IMG/VR virus record: IMGVR_UViG_3300044858_003017
From: a virus
Length of the DNA: 64,000 nucleotides
Reading direction: 5' to 3' (one strand)
Part shown: in pieces, positions 1 through 9,321 of the stretch
Position numbering within the stretch: the first letter of the stretch is position 1
Layout of the letters: each line of letters starts with the position of its first letter
Program-made: the position numbers and the translations under genes
The notes under the pieces: model-generated
Databases searched by the model: none
Told to the model about the DNA's origin: nothing
Seen by the model: the letters and a program-made list of their open reading frames with translations, nothing else

Positions 1-673
1 TATCTATTGAATATACTGTAAAGTTAGTAAGAAATCCAGCACCGGTATTGTATGTAGTATCTCGAGTTCCGTCAGTATTAATACGCAAACTACCCGTTCC
101 TATTAACGAACCCGAGTATTGTGTTATTGTTGTACCCCCTACTAGTATTTTACCGTCACTTTGAATAGCTACGCAATTTGCAGTATTATTAAGTCCCGTA
201 CCTATATTAAATGTAGTATCATATGTTCCATCGGTGTTTAGTCGAACTATTCTATTTCTAATTGATCCAGAGTAAGTTGTAAAGGCTCCAACTGCTATGA
301 TTTTTCCATCAGATTGTACTCTCATATCATTTACTGCTGCGCCAAATCCAACTCCCGTATTAAATGTAGTATCTCGCGTACCGTTGGTGTTTACTCTAAC
401 CATGTTACCTACGGTTGATCCGCTGTATGAACTAAAACTCCCACCGAGTAATAGTTTACCATCGGATTGGGTAACCATGCAGTTTACAGTGGAGGAAGGT
501 CCGGTGCCCATATTAAATGTAGTATCAATAGAACCAGATAAATCGGTTCGAATAAGTCGACTGTAAATTGGTTGACGATATGTTGTAAAATTACCGGCTA
601 CATATAGGTAATCCAACAGAGCCGGTGTGATTCCAGGTATAAATTGTTGTATAAATGCAAAAGGTGTAAACAT
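1..673 (-). CDS. Partial beta-propeller (delta-60/DUF5122-like repeat) protein, runs off the left edge; probable fibre/receptor-binding protein
   Basis: Not in ORF track; manual translation from ATG at 673 gives MFTPFAFIQQ... with repeats of QSDGK(I/L)xxGG/GA-F..Y.G....R.N..GT.DTTFN.G.G. Confidence 0.75.
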   Translation of the reverse strand, partial: MFTPFAFIQQFIPGITPALLDYLYVAGNFTTYRQPIYSRLIRTDLSGSIDTTFNMGTGPSSTVNCMVTQSDGKLLLGGSFSSYSGSTVGNMVRVNTNGTRDTTFNTGVGFGAAVNDMRVQSDGKIIAVGAFTTYSGSIRNRIVRLNTDGTYDTTFNIGTGLNNTANCVAIQSDGKILVGGTTITQYSGSLIGTGSLRINTDGTRDTTYNTGAGFLTNFTVYSID

Positions 674-676
674 AAC

Positions 677-1510
677 TTATATCATATTTCTTACGGAACT
701 TACATAAACATTGGTTGAATCAAATGCAATCATTGTTACTATGTCAATGGCATTTGCTGCAGCCGTACCTGTATATAAAGAACCAGATGGTTGTTTTACT
801 AAAGAAGGAAATGTAACTGTTCCTGTACCTAAAGATCCTTGTGTTACTAATATGTTAACGGTTTGACCCGGGTTTATGTTTGTTGGATTAATATTTGTTC
901 CCGTACCATTCGCTAATGTTAGTGTGAAAAAATTGTTTGTCGATAAATTAACAGATGCAGTATTTCCAGAAATGGATAATGGTAAAACTTGTCCTCGCAA
1001 TGACCCGGTAATCTCAGTAGCACTATTAATTGATACTATGGTACCGGTATCTGTAATATTAGAGCTAGTTATATGTTCTCCTAAATCTCCACTAGAACCT
1101 TTAGTTATTCGATTTGTCTCAATAGTAATTTCATTGCCAATGTTGTTAAATGTTTGCGGTCCCATTATCAAAACGGAACTAGTTGTGGGACCGCCGTTGG
1201 TTTCGTGCACAAATATCCATTGATTGTTTTGCGAATCAAAAAGCAATGATCCTGATCTAAATGGAGTTGATCCAGAATCAACTACCTCAATACCACCATA
1301 TCGTAATGGGGTGGTTGTATTAAGTTTAATAACATTGGTACTAACATTGAATTGTGATGATGTTATGTATTGTATAGATGAGGTAACGGCATTTAAACTA
1401 GTTACATTTAATGTTCCATTAATGGTAAGATCTTGTGTAAGTGTTGGACCTACATATGATGCAGTTGCAGCTGTAAGTTTTAAACCATTTATTTGACTTA
1501 TATTTGCCAT
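677..1510 (-). CDS. Tail fibre/structural protein
   Basis: S/T/G-rich beta-type sequence; late motif at ~1521-1530; fibre-gene context. Confidence 0.6.
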   Translation of the reverse strand: MANISQINGLKLTAATASYVGPTLTQDLTINGTLNVTSLNAVTSSIQYITSSQFNVSTNVIKLNTTTPLRYGGIEVVDSGSTPFRSGSLLFDSQNNQWIFVHETNGGPTTSSVLIMGPQTFNNIGNEITIETNRITKGSSGDLGEHITSSNITDTGTIVSINSATEITGSLRGQVLPLSISGNTASVNLSTNNFFTLTLANGTGTNINPTNINPGQTVNILVTQGSLGTGTVTFPSLVKQPSGSLYTGTAAANAIDIVTMIAFDSTNVYVSSVRNMI

Positions 1511-1537
1511 AGGATCTTTTTAATAAATATAAACCGT

Positions 1538-3775
1538 TTATATTACGTACCATTCATTAGATGGTCTAAATTTCATTACCCAATATTCAGGAGTACCTGT
1601 GTTTTGATAATAAGCATGGCCTAAAATTCTAACATATTGTCCGGCAGTTGTAGGTACATTTGTTGACATTGTATTTCCTGCACTTTCTCTAATATATATT
1701 GGTAATCCATGGTCGATAAGTTGAACCGAAGGTGTATCAGTATACGTACCATCATTTACTGTAATCGATCCTTCTAATATTATTCTAGCTCCGCCGCCCG
1801 TCGAGGCACATATACCTAAAAGTTTAGAACAGTCTGCAGTTGCTTGGGTAACAGGATGCCATTTTCCGTCTGTTTCCAAATATACTAAATCAAATAGAGC
1901 CGCTGCCCCATCTAACTGTCCTGTTATTACTTCTCCTTCATAGTTAAATGTCGTTGCAGGTACATCTGAAAATGATTCTTGGGTGTTTGACCCAATAGAT
2001 TTTCTTAGATACGTAGAAGCGTCTATTTTGTAGTTATTAGTAATAGCATCCCAACTTAAAACATCAAATCCACTTTGATCAGCTAATAACCTACTACTCC
2101 AATCAATTGAATAATTAGTACCACTTGTATCATATGCTAGTCTATTTGCCCAGTCTATACTTTGAACTGATGTAGCGTCATATAATAACCTACTACCCCA
2201 AGCAATTGAATTAGCGGTACCTGTTGCATCAAATAAAGTCCTTCCACTCCAATTGACAGCAAATATACCCATATCATCAAATAACGTTCTACCATCAGCA
2301 TCAAAGCTGCTAGTACCCATTACATCGTATATAGCTCTAGAAAAATTACCTATAGATATGGCATTAACATAATTTAATCCATCAAATGTTTGAGTTGTAA
2401 ATGAACCAGTTACTCCCAATGAACCTGAAATTTGCGCATCACCATTGTATGGGAATGCAGGTGTACTTGGAGCATATGAAGCACTTAAAGCATTAGTTGC
2501 ATAAGAAGCAGTTCCAAGTAAGCTTCCCGTAAATGAAGTTGAATTTATTGATGTTAATCCCGTTAATGATGTTGCAGTGTCGCCTAAATCTATATTAGTC
2601 GATCCAATTGTGATGCTACTATTTGCTAACTGTGCATTTAATATACCTGCAGTTGCTGATAAATTAGATGTTGTTAATCCGGTAATAGTTCCGCCTAATA
2701 CGATTGTGCCTGCACCGGTAATCGGGCCGCCCGTTAAAGTAATTCCAGATACAGAACCTGACGTATCTACTGATGTTACTGTTCCTCCGCCGGCTGCTAA
2801 ATTGGTTGAAGCGCCGCCGCCACCTGTTGATATATCTAAATAAAATCCTCGAGCAGTACCCCCTTGTTCAAAAAATCTAAGTCTATTTTGAAATACATCA
2901 ACTGTTACACCACTACCTGTAAGAGATGTGTTAGTAGCAGCTTTTCCTAATAGAATTTCTCCACCCTCATCACCGACACCATAAAGTACGCTTAATGTTT
3001 GACCATTAAATGTTAAATTACCTTCGCCATTTAGTGTTCCGTTGCCATTAGCAGTTATTACTTGAGTATCTACGTCATTTGCAATAGCAGGTGCTATGTT
3101 TGCAGCTGTTGATGCAAATGATGAGCTTATTACATTTTGTATTGAAGATGTTGCAATTGGAATTGCTACGCCATTACTATTTCCAACCCAAGTAAAGCCT
3201 TGTTGTATGTTTGGAACTTCATTGTAATATGCTGGACCGTTAATTACACCTGATCCGTTCGATGCATGAGACTTTTCAACATTGCCTAATTTTTGTATTA
3301 ATACTCCAGATCCAGTTGGTCGAACATTTGTATATCCTCCACCTCCTGCAACATATATTGAATCGCCTGCTGCAAATGCAGATGTATTAACGTTGCCGAT
3401 ATATCCATTAATGAGACCAACACCTTCTGCGCCAGCTATTAATGTTTCTCCTGCAATTACACCTGCCGGCATTCGAGTTGGATCTGCAGCATCTGCTGGC
3501 CAAACTCCTGCAAGATTTCCAGATGTACCTGATCCCGTAATATAGCATGGGGTTCCTTTTGCAATAGTTATGCCAGAAACGTTTTTTATTACTATTGCAG
3601 TATTTTCTACAGGAGCAAATGAAAGATTACCAGCTCCATCTGTTATAATTACTTGACCTACAGTGCCATCTATATCAGGATAGTTTAGTCCGCTAGCGGT
3701 AAAATTAGAAGTTACATTTAATGAATTTAACGCAGCATCAGAGCCAGACGTTATGACTTTTTTCCATGAGGGCAT
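1538..3775 (-). CDS. Long tail-fibre-like protein
   Basis: 745 aa G/S/T-rich, internal S(I/V)xWxxRxLxD repeats, TASYA motifs; N-terminus paralogous to 4056..4883. Confidence 0.65.
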   Translation of the reverse strand: MPSWKKVITSGSDAALNSLNVTSNFTASGLNYPDIDGTVGQVIITDGAGNLSFAPVENTAIVIKNVSGITIAKGTPCYITGSGTSGNLAGVWPADAADPTRMPAGVIAGETLIAGAEGVGLINGYIGNVNTSAFAAGDSIYVAGGGGYTNVRPTGSGVLIQKLGNVEKSHASNGSGVINGPAYYNEVPNIQQGFTWVGNSNGVAIPIATSSIQNVISSSFASTAANIAPAIANDVDTQVITANGNGTLNGEGNLTFNGQTLSVLYGVGDEGGEILLGKAATNTSLTGSGVTVDVFQNRLRFFEQGGTARGFYLDISTGGGGASTNLAAGGGTVTSVDTSGSVSGITLTGGPITGAGTIVLGGTITGLTTSNLSATAGILNAQLANSSITIGSTNIDLGDTATSLTGLTSINSTSFTGSLLGTASYATNALSASYAPSTPAFPYNGDAQISGSLGVTGSFTTQTFDGLNYVNAISIGNFSRAIYDVMGTSSFDADGRTLFDDMGIFAVNWSGRTLFDATGTANSIAWGSRLLYDATSVQSIDWANRLAYDTSGTNYSIDWSSRLLADQSGFDVLSWDAITNNYKIDASTYLRKSIGSNTQESFSDVPATTFNYEGEVITGQLDGAAALFDLVYLETDGKWHPVTQATADCSKLLGICASTGGGARIILEGSITVNDGTYTDTPSVQLIDHGLPIYIRESAGNTMSTNVPTTAGQYVRILGHAYYQNTGTPEYWVMKFRPSNEWYVI

Positions 3776-3790
3776 AGTATATTCCTTTCG

Positions 3791-3852
3791 TGTTGCGGTT
3801 GGTTACATACACTTATGCCGTGCGTGTGCCCACTTCCTTGCGGCCTACAACA
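3791..3852 (-). ncRNA. Candidate structured cis-regulatory RNA in the 5' UTR of the fibre gene
   Basis: GC-rich island between late motif (3858-3866) and AAAGGA/ATG; closing stem UGUUGU(A)GG/CCGCAACA, CC-GCAA-GG GNRA hairpin, and an UGG..ACACGCAC/GUGUAUGU..CCA arm. Confidence 0.55.
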
Positions 3853-3865
3853 TTTATAATAAATA

Positions 3866-4042
3866 TCACTGTTTTAGATATTGCTCTTGTAGTTTCAATA
3901 TGATGTTATAAAATGTTTCTACATGTTCTCCGCGGATGGAAACATCTTTAAGTATTGTTAATAAAAATTCAATTTCTTGTTTTGTTAATTGAACGGTTGT
4001 TTCGGGGGCGGATTGTGATTTTAATTTGTCTAATATGCTCAT
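3866..4042 (-). CDS. Small hypothetical protein, 58 aa (possible fibre chaperone)
   Basis: Not in ORF track; MSILDKLKSQSAPETTVQLTKQEIEFLLTILKDVSIRGEHVETFYNIILKLQEQYLKQ*, fills the gap between co-oriented genes. Confidence 0.7.
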   Translation of the reverse strand: MSILDKLKSQSAPETTVQLTKQEIEFLLTILKDVSIRGEHVETFYNIILKLQEQYLKQ

Positions 4043-4055
4043 AACTTATTTAATT

Positions 4056-4883
4056 TTATACGTAAATGAAAATGTCTCCGGTGTTTGTATCAACGTGTAT
4101 CGTTCCTTGACCTGCACCAGATCCTCCATAGATTGGTGCTGCACTAGGAGCAACTGCACTAGTTTCTACCGCTCCAGCATATACTGCGGGAACAAAAGAA
4201 TTACCTGTTGAATTAAATGATGAAGTAAACCCCCAACGTGTTGTGCCACTATCATAACCATACAATTCGCCAATGTTTTGCGTACCTTGTTGTACTACAA
4301 TACCACCATCGCCCGTTGTATTAGACCCCGATGCAAACAATACAAAACGGTCGCCTACTAATAAATTTTGCGTGTTTTGAAATGATGCTGTACCTAATAC
4401 AACTAAATTACCCGTTAATGTTAATCCAACAAATGTAGGAGAGTCTCCCGTTTCTAAACCTAAATCTATAGTTGATCCAGCAACGCCGTTATTTGTAAGA
4501 AGTGCTTGACCTTGTCCAGGACTTGATAATACAGATGATGAAATTACCGTGCTACCCGCTAATATTTGTGCTTGTGTTACGGTACCACCTAACGCTGTTG
4601 CATTTCCAGCAATCGTTATGCTAGAATTGGTTAAACTTGCATTAGGAATTCCACCTAATGTAAACGTAATAGAATCAGCACCTGCATTACCTACAATGTT
4701 TAAACCTGCACCTGATGATGATGCAAATGTAAGCGTATCTGCGGAGCTATCTGCTAATACGTCAATTCCATTAATTGACATCGTTGCGAACGATCGAACC
4801 GATGATGGTGTTAAATATCCAGCATCATTATTTAATTGTGATATGTTACTACCCGATACTACTACTTTTTTCCAAGTTGCCAT
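4056..4883 (-). CDS. Tail fibre/structural protein
   Basis: MATWKKVVVSGS N-terminus shared with 1538..3775; late motif at ~4901-4909. Confidence 0.6.
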   Translation of the reverse strand: MATWKKVVVSGSNISQLNNDAGYLTPSSVRSFATMSINGIDVLADSSADTLTFASSSGAGLNIVGNAGADSITFTLGGIPNASLTNSSITIAGNATALGGTVTQAQILAGSTVISSSVLSSPGQGQALLTNNGVAGSTIDLGLETGDSPTFVGLTLTGNLVVLGTASFQNTQNLLVGDRFVLFASGSNTTGDGGIVVQQGTQNIGELYGYDSGTTRWGFTSSFNSTGNSFVPAVYAGAVETSAVAPSAAPIYGGSGAGQGTIHVDTNTGDIFIYV

Positions 4884-4914
4884 TTATTTTCCTATTTTAT
4901 TATAAATATATGCA

Positions 4915-5247
4915 TCAATCTAAACCTACAAAAAATGATCCAGACGTAAAATATATTCCGCCATTTGGTGCTGTGCCTGTTAGTTCTGCACTTTGTGTTG
5001 CTACTACGACGACACCACTTTGTGATACTGTTAATACGGGTTGATTGTTAAAATTTTTTATTAAAAATATATTGTTTACGTCACTTTTAATTTCCAATGA
5101 TCCAGTTATAACTGCACTACCGGAAAATGGAAACGTGCCTCCGCCGCCGCCGCCGTTTAAAGCAAATGATGCAGTTAATGCATAACTAGAAGAAATATTA
5201 AATAAAGATCCGGTTTGTAATTGTCCGGGCTTAAACTGCCTTGCCAT
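4915..5247 (-). CDS. Small structural protein
   Basis: Likely start MARQFKPGQ at 5247 (TAATG overlap); SGS/TGS/TAS rich. Confidence 0.55.
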   Translation of the reverse strand: MARQFKPGQLQTGSLFNISSSYALTASFALNGGGGGGTFPFSGSAVITGSLEIKSDVNNIFLIKNFNNQPVLTVSQSGVVVVATQSAELTGTAPNGGIYFTSGSFFVGLD

Positions 5248-6470
5248 TATGCCCATCTCCCTTTAACTACAATGACATCAGTTGCACTAAGTGTATATCC
5301 TAATTCTGTAGTATCAAAAACAATTGTTTGTGATGTAATGTCACTAGGCGTCCATGTATATACTATTTTATCAATATACTGACCATTGATAAATACATCA
5401 AATTCATTTTTAGATGCAACTGCAAAGGTAACCGGATTAACTGCTGCTAATGCCGGAATAGTTATCGTAGTTGCATTTGAATATGTTGCAATCTCTTCAG
5501 TTAATTCGGTTAAGTATGACATTACTTGTGCATTAATTGTTATAGCTCCAGATGGAGTATTAGCAACAACCTGTCCTCCAGAAAATATATTAGCTTGTTG
5601 TTGTAATATTGCAGTTGGTAATGCAATCGATTCAAATATATTTTGTTCAACATCGACTACTATATCAAACGTAACTCGTTTTACGGAATACATTTTTTTC
5701 AACGTTGATATTCTAGCTTCTTGACCAGAAAGTAAAGTTGCTTGCACCGTTAACGGTAATGTTGCACGAACCAAACGATCTTCGCCAACGGTATTTACGG
5801 TTTCGAATGATATTGATCCAATTGTTGTTGCAAATTTATTTGATTCATTTCCCCAAGCAAATCGGCTGTATGTAAATATTTGATCTACTAATTCATTAAG
5901 TTGTGTAGTAAAATCACACCAAACTAACATTTCATATTCAACAGTTACATATTTTGGGATATCAACAATCATTACTTGTTGTGATGATTGTGGTTGTTGA
6001 AGTGGTATTGGAAATAATTCATCTTCATAACGATTTTTTTCATTATATCTTTGTCGATATACAATTTGATTTCCAGCTTGTGGCCAATTGACATCCAATG
6101 TTTTAAATGAATCTCGTTCTGCTACCGAACTTCTTTTTAACATAATTAATGGTGACTGTAACATGCCTTTTTCATCGCGTAAATATCCTAGGCGCTGTAC
6201 ATTGTCCCACTTTTCACCATTTGCATAAATTACTGGTACTGATATAATAGTTTGTTGTGCTTTAATTTGCGGTTGAATTTCATTTTCAACATACCATTTA
6301 ATGGCATAATCTACATCATATAATGTTCTTTTTGGCGAACGAATTACGTCATCATCTCGTCGTGTTTGCATAGATCGATCTAAAACACGATCGCCTCGTA
6401 TACTTTCTACAATATCCAAACTTGGTTTGTTTGTTTTGCGATCGATATTTTTTTTATTCAGTCTAGGCAT
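5247..6470 (-). CDS. Tail completion/sheath stabiliser (T4 gp15-like) with C-terminal extension
   Basis: VPVIYANGEKW...RDEKGMLQSPLIM and P.YVTVEYEMLVW...QLNELVDQI motifs; follows neck genes. Confidence 0.6.
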   Translation of the reverse strand: MPRLNKKNIDRKTNKPSLDIVESIRGDRVLDRSMQTRRDDDVIRSPKRTLYDVDYAIKWYVENEIQPQIKAQQTIISVPVIYANGEKWDNVQRLGYLRDEKGMLQSPLIMLKRSSVAERDSFKTLDVNWPQAGNQIVYRQRYNEKNRYEDELFPIPLQQPQSSQQVMIVDIPKYVTVEYEMLVWCDFTTQLNELVDQIFTYSRFAWGNESNKFATTIGSISFETVNTVGEDRLVRATLPLTVQATLLSGQEARISTLKKMYSVKRVTFDIVVDVEQNIFESIALPTAILQQQANIFSGGQVVANTPSGAITINAQVMSYLTELTEEIATYSNATTITIPALAAVNPVTFAVASKNEFDVFINGQYIDKIVYTWTPSDITSQTIVFDTTELGYTLSATDVIVVKGRWA

Positions 6471-6994
6471 TAGATTCCTTTCCTAAATGCGGGAGATTGA
6501 TTACTACCCCCTCGACGTATATCGGTAATATTTTGTGGTGTTTGACGAGTTGTATGTGCATCACATAATACTGAAACACTATATCCATATGTATTTCCAT
6601 TTGGCCATGTATCTGGATTCTTACCTACAAAATATTGATTTGATTCTACATTATCAATTTCATAATATTCATTGTCCCAAAATATAATATCACCAACTTC
6701 GGGATACAATGTAACGGTTTCTAATAAATCTCGAGACAATGCAAATTGTGCCGTTCTAGTATATGAATGTCCATAATCATCCATTGTTGCTGATTTATTT
6801 TCTTTAGTTATAATGCAAGGCATTAAAATAGAATTGTAAAAGCTTTTTTGTTCAGATTCGCCATAAATATTTGAATCGCTTTGTTCTACAATTAATTTGT
6901 AATAAAGAATCTCAGTATCAATGATTGCATTAATTAATTCTGAATTAATTGCTGCTAAAAATTTTGCATCTCGTTGACTGCCAAAAAGTGCCAT
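6470..6994 (-). CDS. Neck/head-closure protein (T4 gp14-like)
   Basis: NIYGES and PEVGDIIFWDNEYYEI motifs; synteny after gp13-like gene. Confidence 0.65.
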   Translation of the reverse strand: MALFGSQRDAKFLAAINSELINAIIDTEILYYKLIVEQSDSNIYGESEQKSFYNSILMPCIITKENKSATMDDYGHSYTRTAQFALSRDLLETVTLYPEVGDIIFWDNEYYEIDNVESNQYFVGKNPDTWPNGNTYGYSVSVLCDAHTTRQTPQNITDIRRGGSNQSPAFRKGI

Positions 6995-7005
6995 GTAATT
7001 CCCCC

Positions 7006-8232
7006 TTATCCAACATAAATTTTTAATGGAACTTTTGCTAACATCTCATGCATTTGAGTCGATTCAGCATTTTGACGAGTCATCATGTTTTCTTTAGTTA
7101 ATTTATCTAAAAATTCTCGCAATTGCGTTATAAGCGTTTCTTTTTCAGATTGACCTTGTGATGTTAAATCACCTCCATTAAGTGTTACTTCACCATTTGG
7201 AATGGGAACACTACTGTATTTACCCCGTACAAATCCTAACATTTCTTTTGCAAGCGCCGTACCGTATTTAAAAATCCACGCACGCCCCATATCATTAATG
7301 TTACTGTATGTTTGATATGTATATGGTATATTTGATGCGTCACTTACAACATCGTTTAAAAGTGCTGTATTGCCAAATAATACGCTTTGATTGTCTTTAT
7401 CTTCTGTAACTATAAAATCTACATATACATTTTTAAAGTATGGTGTTGCTGAGCTTGATCCGGTTGGGGCAACTGGAACTGGCCAAAATTTAATATCATC
7501 TCCATGTAGCTCAAATGAATAGCTAGATTTTCTTACAGTATCATTAAATTCAATTGCTTGCAATCTAAATAAATCTGCATTAATTGGCATCATCATAAAT
7601 GATACTGACGGAGAAAATCCTCCAAAATCAAATGCATCGAGTAATTGTTGAGAACCTAAACCTGTTCCTACAAACGGGTCAAAGTATCTTACAATGGCAG
7701 GGGGTGGATTATGAAGTACTCGTTTTACTTCAATTGACCCTGATGATAATACTAATCCTAAAGATTTTGATATTGCGGTTATTAAATTATATGTTTGTTG
7801 TCCTGGCTCAACATCAATTCTTGCAGTTTTCCAAGATAATGTTCCTCCAGAATCTGCTTCAGTGCCATATGCTTTTGAAAGCTTAGTTATATATCCAAAT
7901 GAATTTCCAACTAATGCGCCGGTAAAACTTTCATCTGTTAAAAATGCAGATTCTGTTTTTATACCTAAAGTGTTAACTAAATTATTAACAATATTAACTT
8001 GATTAACTTGATTTGAATACTCAACAATTGCTGCTTCAAATGCCGTATAAAAATTAATATCTTGCAATTCTACATCCATGATTGGATATCCCAATGTTTG
8101 GGCAGCTAATTTGGCAAATTTGTCAGCATGTTGTTGAAACACAGCATCATTATCAAAAAATCCAAAAGGAGTATCACCGGGCTGAAATGAACTAGACCCG
8201 GGCCATATTGGTTTTTGAACGCTGTAATCCAT
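7006..8232 (-). CDS. Neck/head-tail adaptor (T4 gp13-like)
   Basis: LGYPIMDVEL N-terminal motif and WIFKYGTALAKEMLG..RGKY...PIPNGEVTLNG C-terminal motif. Confidence 0.75.
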   Translation of the reverse strand: MDYSVQKPIWPGSSSFQPGDTPFGFFDNDAVFQQHADKFAKLAAQTLGYPIMDVELQDINFYTAFEAAIVEYSNQVNQVNIVNNLVNTLGIKTESAFLTDESFTGALVGNSFGYITKLSKAYGTEADSGGTLSWKTARIDVEPGQQTYNLITAISKSLGLVLSSGSIEVKRVLHNPPPAIVRYFDPFVGTGLGSQQLLDAFDFGGFSPSVSFMMMPINADLFRLQAIEFNDTVRKSSYSFELHGDDIKFWPVPVAPTGSSSATPYFKNVYVDFIVTEDKDNQSVLFGNTALLNDVVSDASNIPYTYQTYSNINDMGRAWIFKYGTALAKEMLGFVRGKYSSVPIPNGEVTLNGGDLTSQGQSEKETLITQLREFLDKLTKENMMTRQNAESTQMHEMLAKVPLKIYVG

Positions 8233-8255
8233 TATGCTCCTTTTTTATATAAATA

Positions 8256-8921
8256 TCAATACGTTTCATTTAGAAGTTTTAAAATTTCATTTAATGATTC
8301 GTGACGATGATTATCTAATAATATAATTTCATTTACATATTGTGATTTTGTCAATTTAGGTACTTCGTGCACTGCTGAATCATTTGCAAACTTTAAATCT
8401 ATTTGATATCTATCACCCGTAAGTATCATGATACTATCTTTACCCAATCTAGAAACAACCATTTGAAGTTGTTGTTTAGTTAAGTTTTGAAATTCGTCTA
8501 CGATACAAACTGCATGATCAAATGTACGCCCTCGGAAGTGTGCTAATGAAACTAATTCAATATTTTCTTCTTTTTCCATTTTGTCTAATATTTCTGGTTT
8601 ATTATAAACCTTACGCATATTGCTACGCAATGGAACTAACCATGGATCCATTTTTTCTGCTAATGAACCAGGAAGAAATCCATTATCTTCATTTGATACG
8701 GTAGGACGTGTTATGATAATTTTATTAATTTGTCGTTTAAAAAACATATCTAATGCAACTTGAACTGCTAACAATGTTTTACCAGATCCAGCTTTGCCTA
8801 ATATAAAATTAAATGGAGTTTCTATAATTTTTGATTTTGCTTGTTTTTGTTCTTCTGATAATGTTATTGAAAATTTAATATCAGTTTTAGGTGGAGTTTT
8901 TTCCCGATTTTGTGTAGCCAT
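8256..8921 (-). CDS. phoH: PhoH-family ATPase
   Basis: GKAGSGKT, ITRP, GFLPG, RGRTF, DEFQN, SRLG, GD..QID, HRH motifs. Confidence 0.93.
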   Translation of the reverse strand: MATQNREKTPPKTDIKFSITLSEEQKQAKSKIIETPFNFILGKAGSGKTLLAVQVALDMFFKRQINKIIITRPTVSNEDNGFLPGSLAEKMDPWLVPLRSNMRKVYNKPEILDKMEKEENIELVSLAHFRGRTFDHAVCIVDEFQNLTKQQLQMVVSRLGKDSIMILTGDRYQIDLKFANDSAVHEVPKLTKSQYVNEIILLDNHRHESLNEILKLLNETY

Positions 8922-8936
8922 AACTAACCTTTTTAA

Positions 8937-9212
8937 TTAAAATAATTTTGTAAGCGTCGATTGTTGCAATGTCATATCCTTCAATGTTTCAATTTTACCT
9001 AAACACATTTTTCGTATAGCAAAAAATGTTTCTTTCGGCGGATATGGAGTCATAACTTTTATTTTAATTAATTCTTTATCCGGACCTAAGTCTCGTTCTA
9101 TATGTACCATTAAAACTAATCGTATAGCTCGAATCCGATCTAATACATCAATAAGACGACCTGCATATCGTATTTCTGCAAACATTTCGTATTTGTGTCT
9201 TTCTACTGCCAT
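8937..9212 (-). CDS. Hypothetical protein
   Basis: 91-aa ORF with own late motif at ~9226-9234. Confidence 0.65.
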   Translation of the reverse strand: MAVERHKYEMFAEIRYAGRLIDVLDRIRAIRLVLMVHIERDLGPDKELIKIKVMTPYPPKETFFAIRKMCLGKIETLKDMTLQQSTLTKLF

Positions 9213-9242
9213 ATTATCATTTTAATATAAATATACAACCAG

Positions 9243-9270
9243 TAAAAAAGGGTGACCGAAGCCACCCTTT
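9243..9270 (-). terminator. Intrinsic terminator after major capsid gene
   Basis: AAAGGGTGGC-TTCG-GTCACCC-TTTTTT on minus strand. Confidence 0.88.
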
Positions 9271-9321
9271 CTCTTTTAATTAGTTAATTCGTTAAATATA
9301 AAAGCTAATCGAAGTTAACTA

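Noticed and set aside
3791-3852. Calling the UTR element a tRNA, terminator, c-di-GMP-II riboswitch or SRP RNA
   Set aside because: No cloverleaf or U-tract; only partial word matches to the named families
8256-8921. phoH as a novelty
   Set aside because: Common in large aquatic phages
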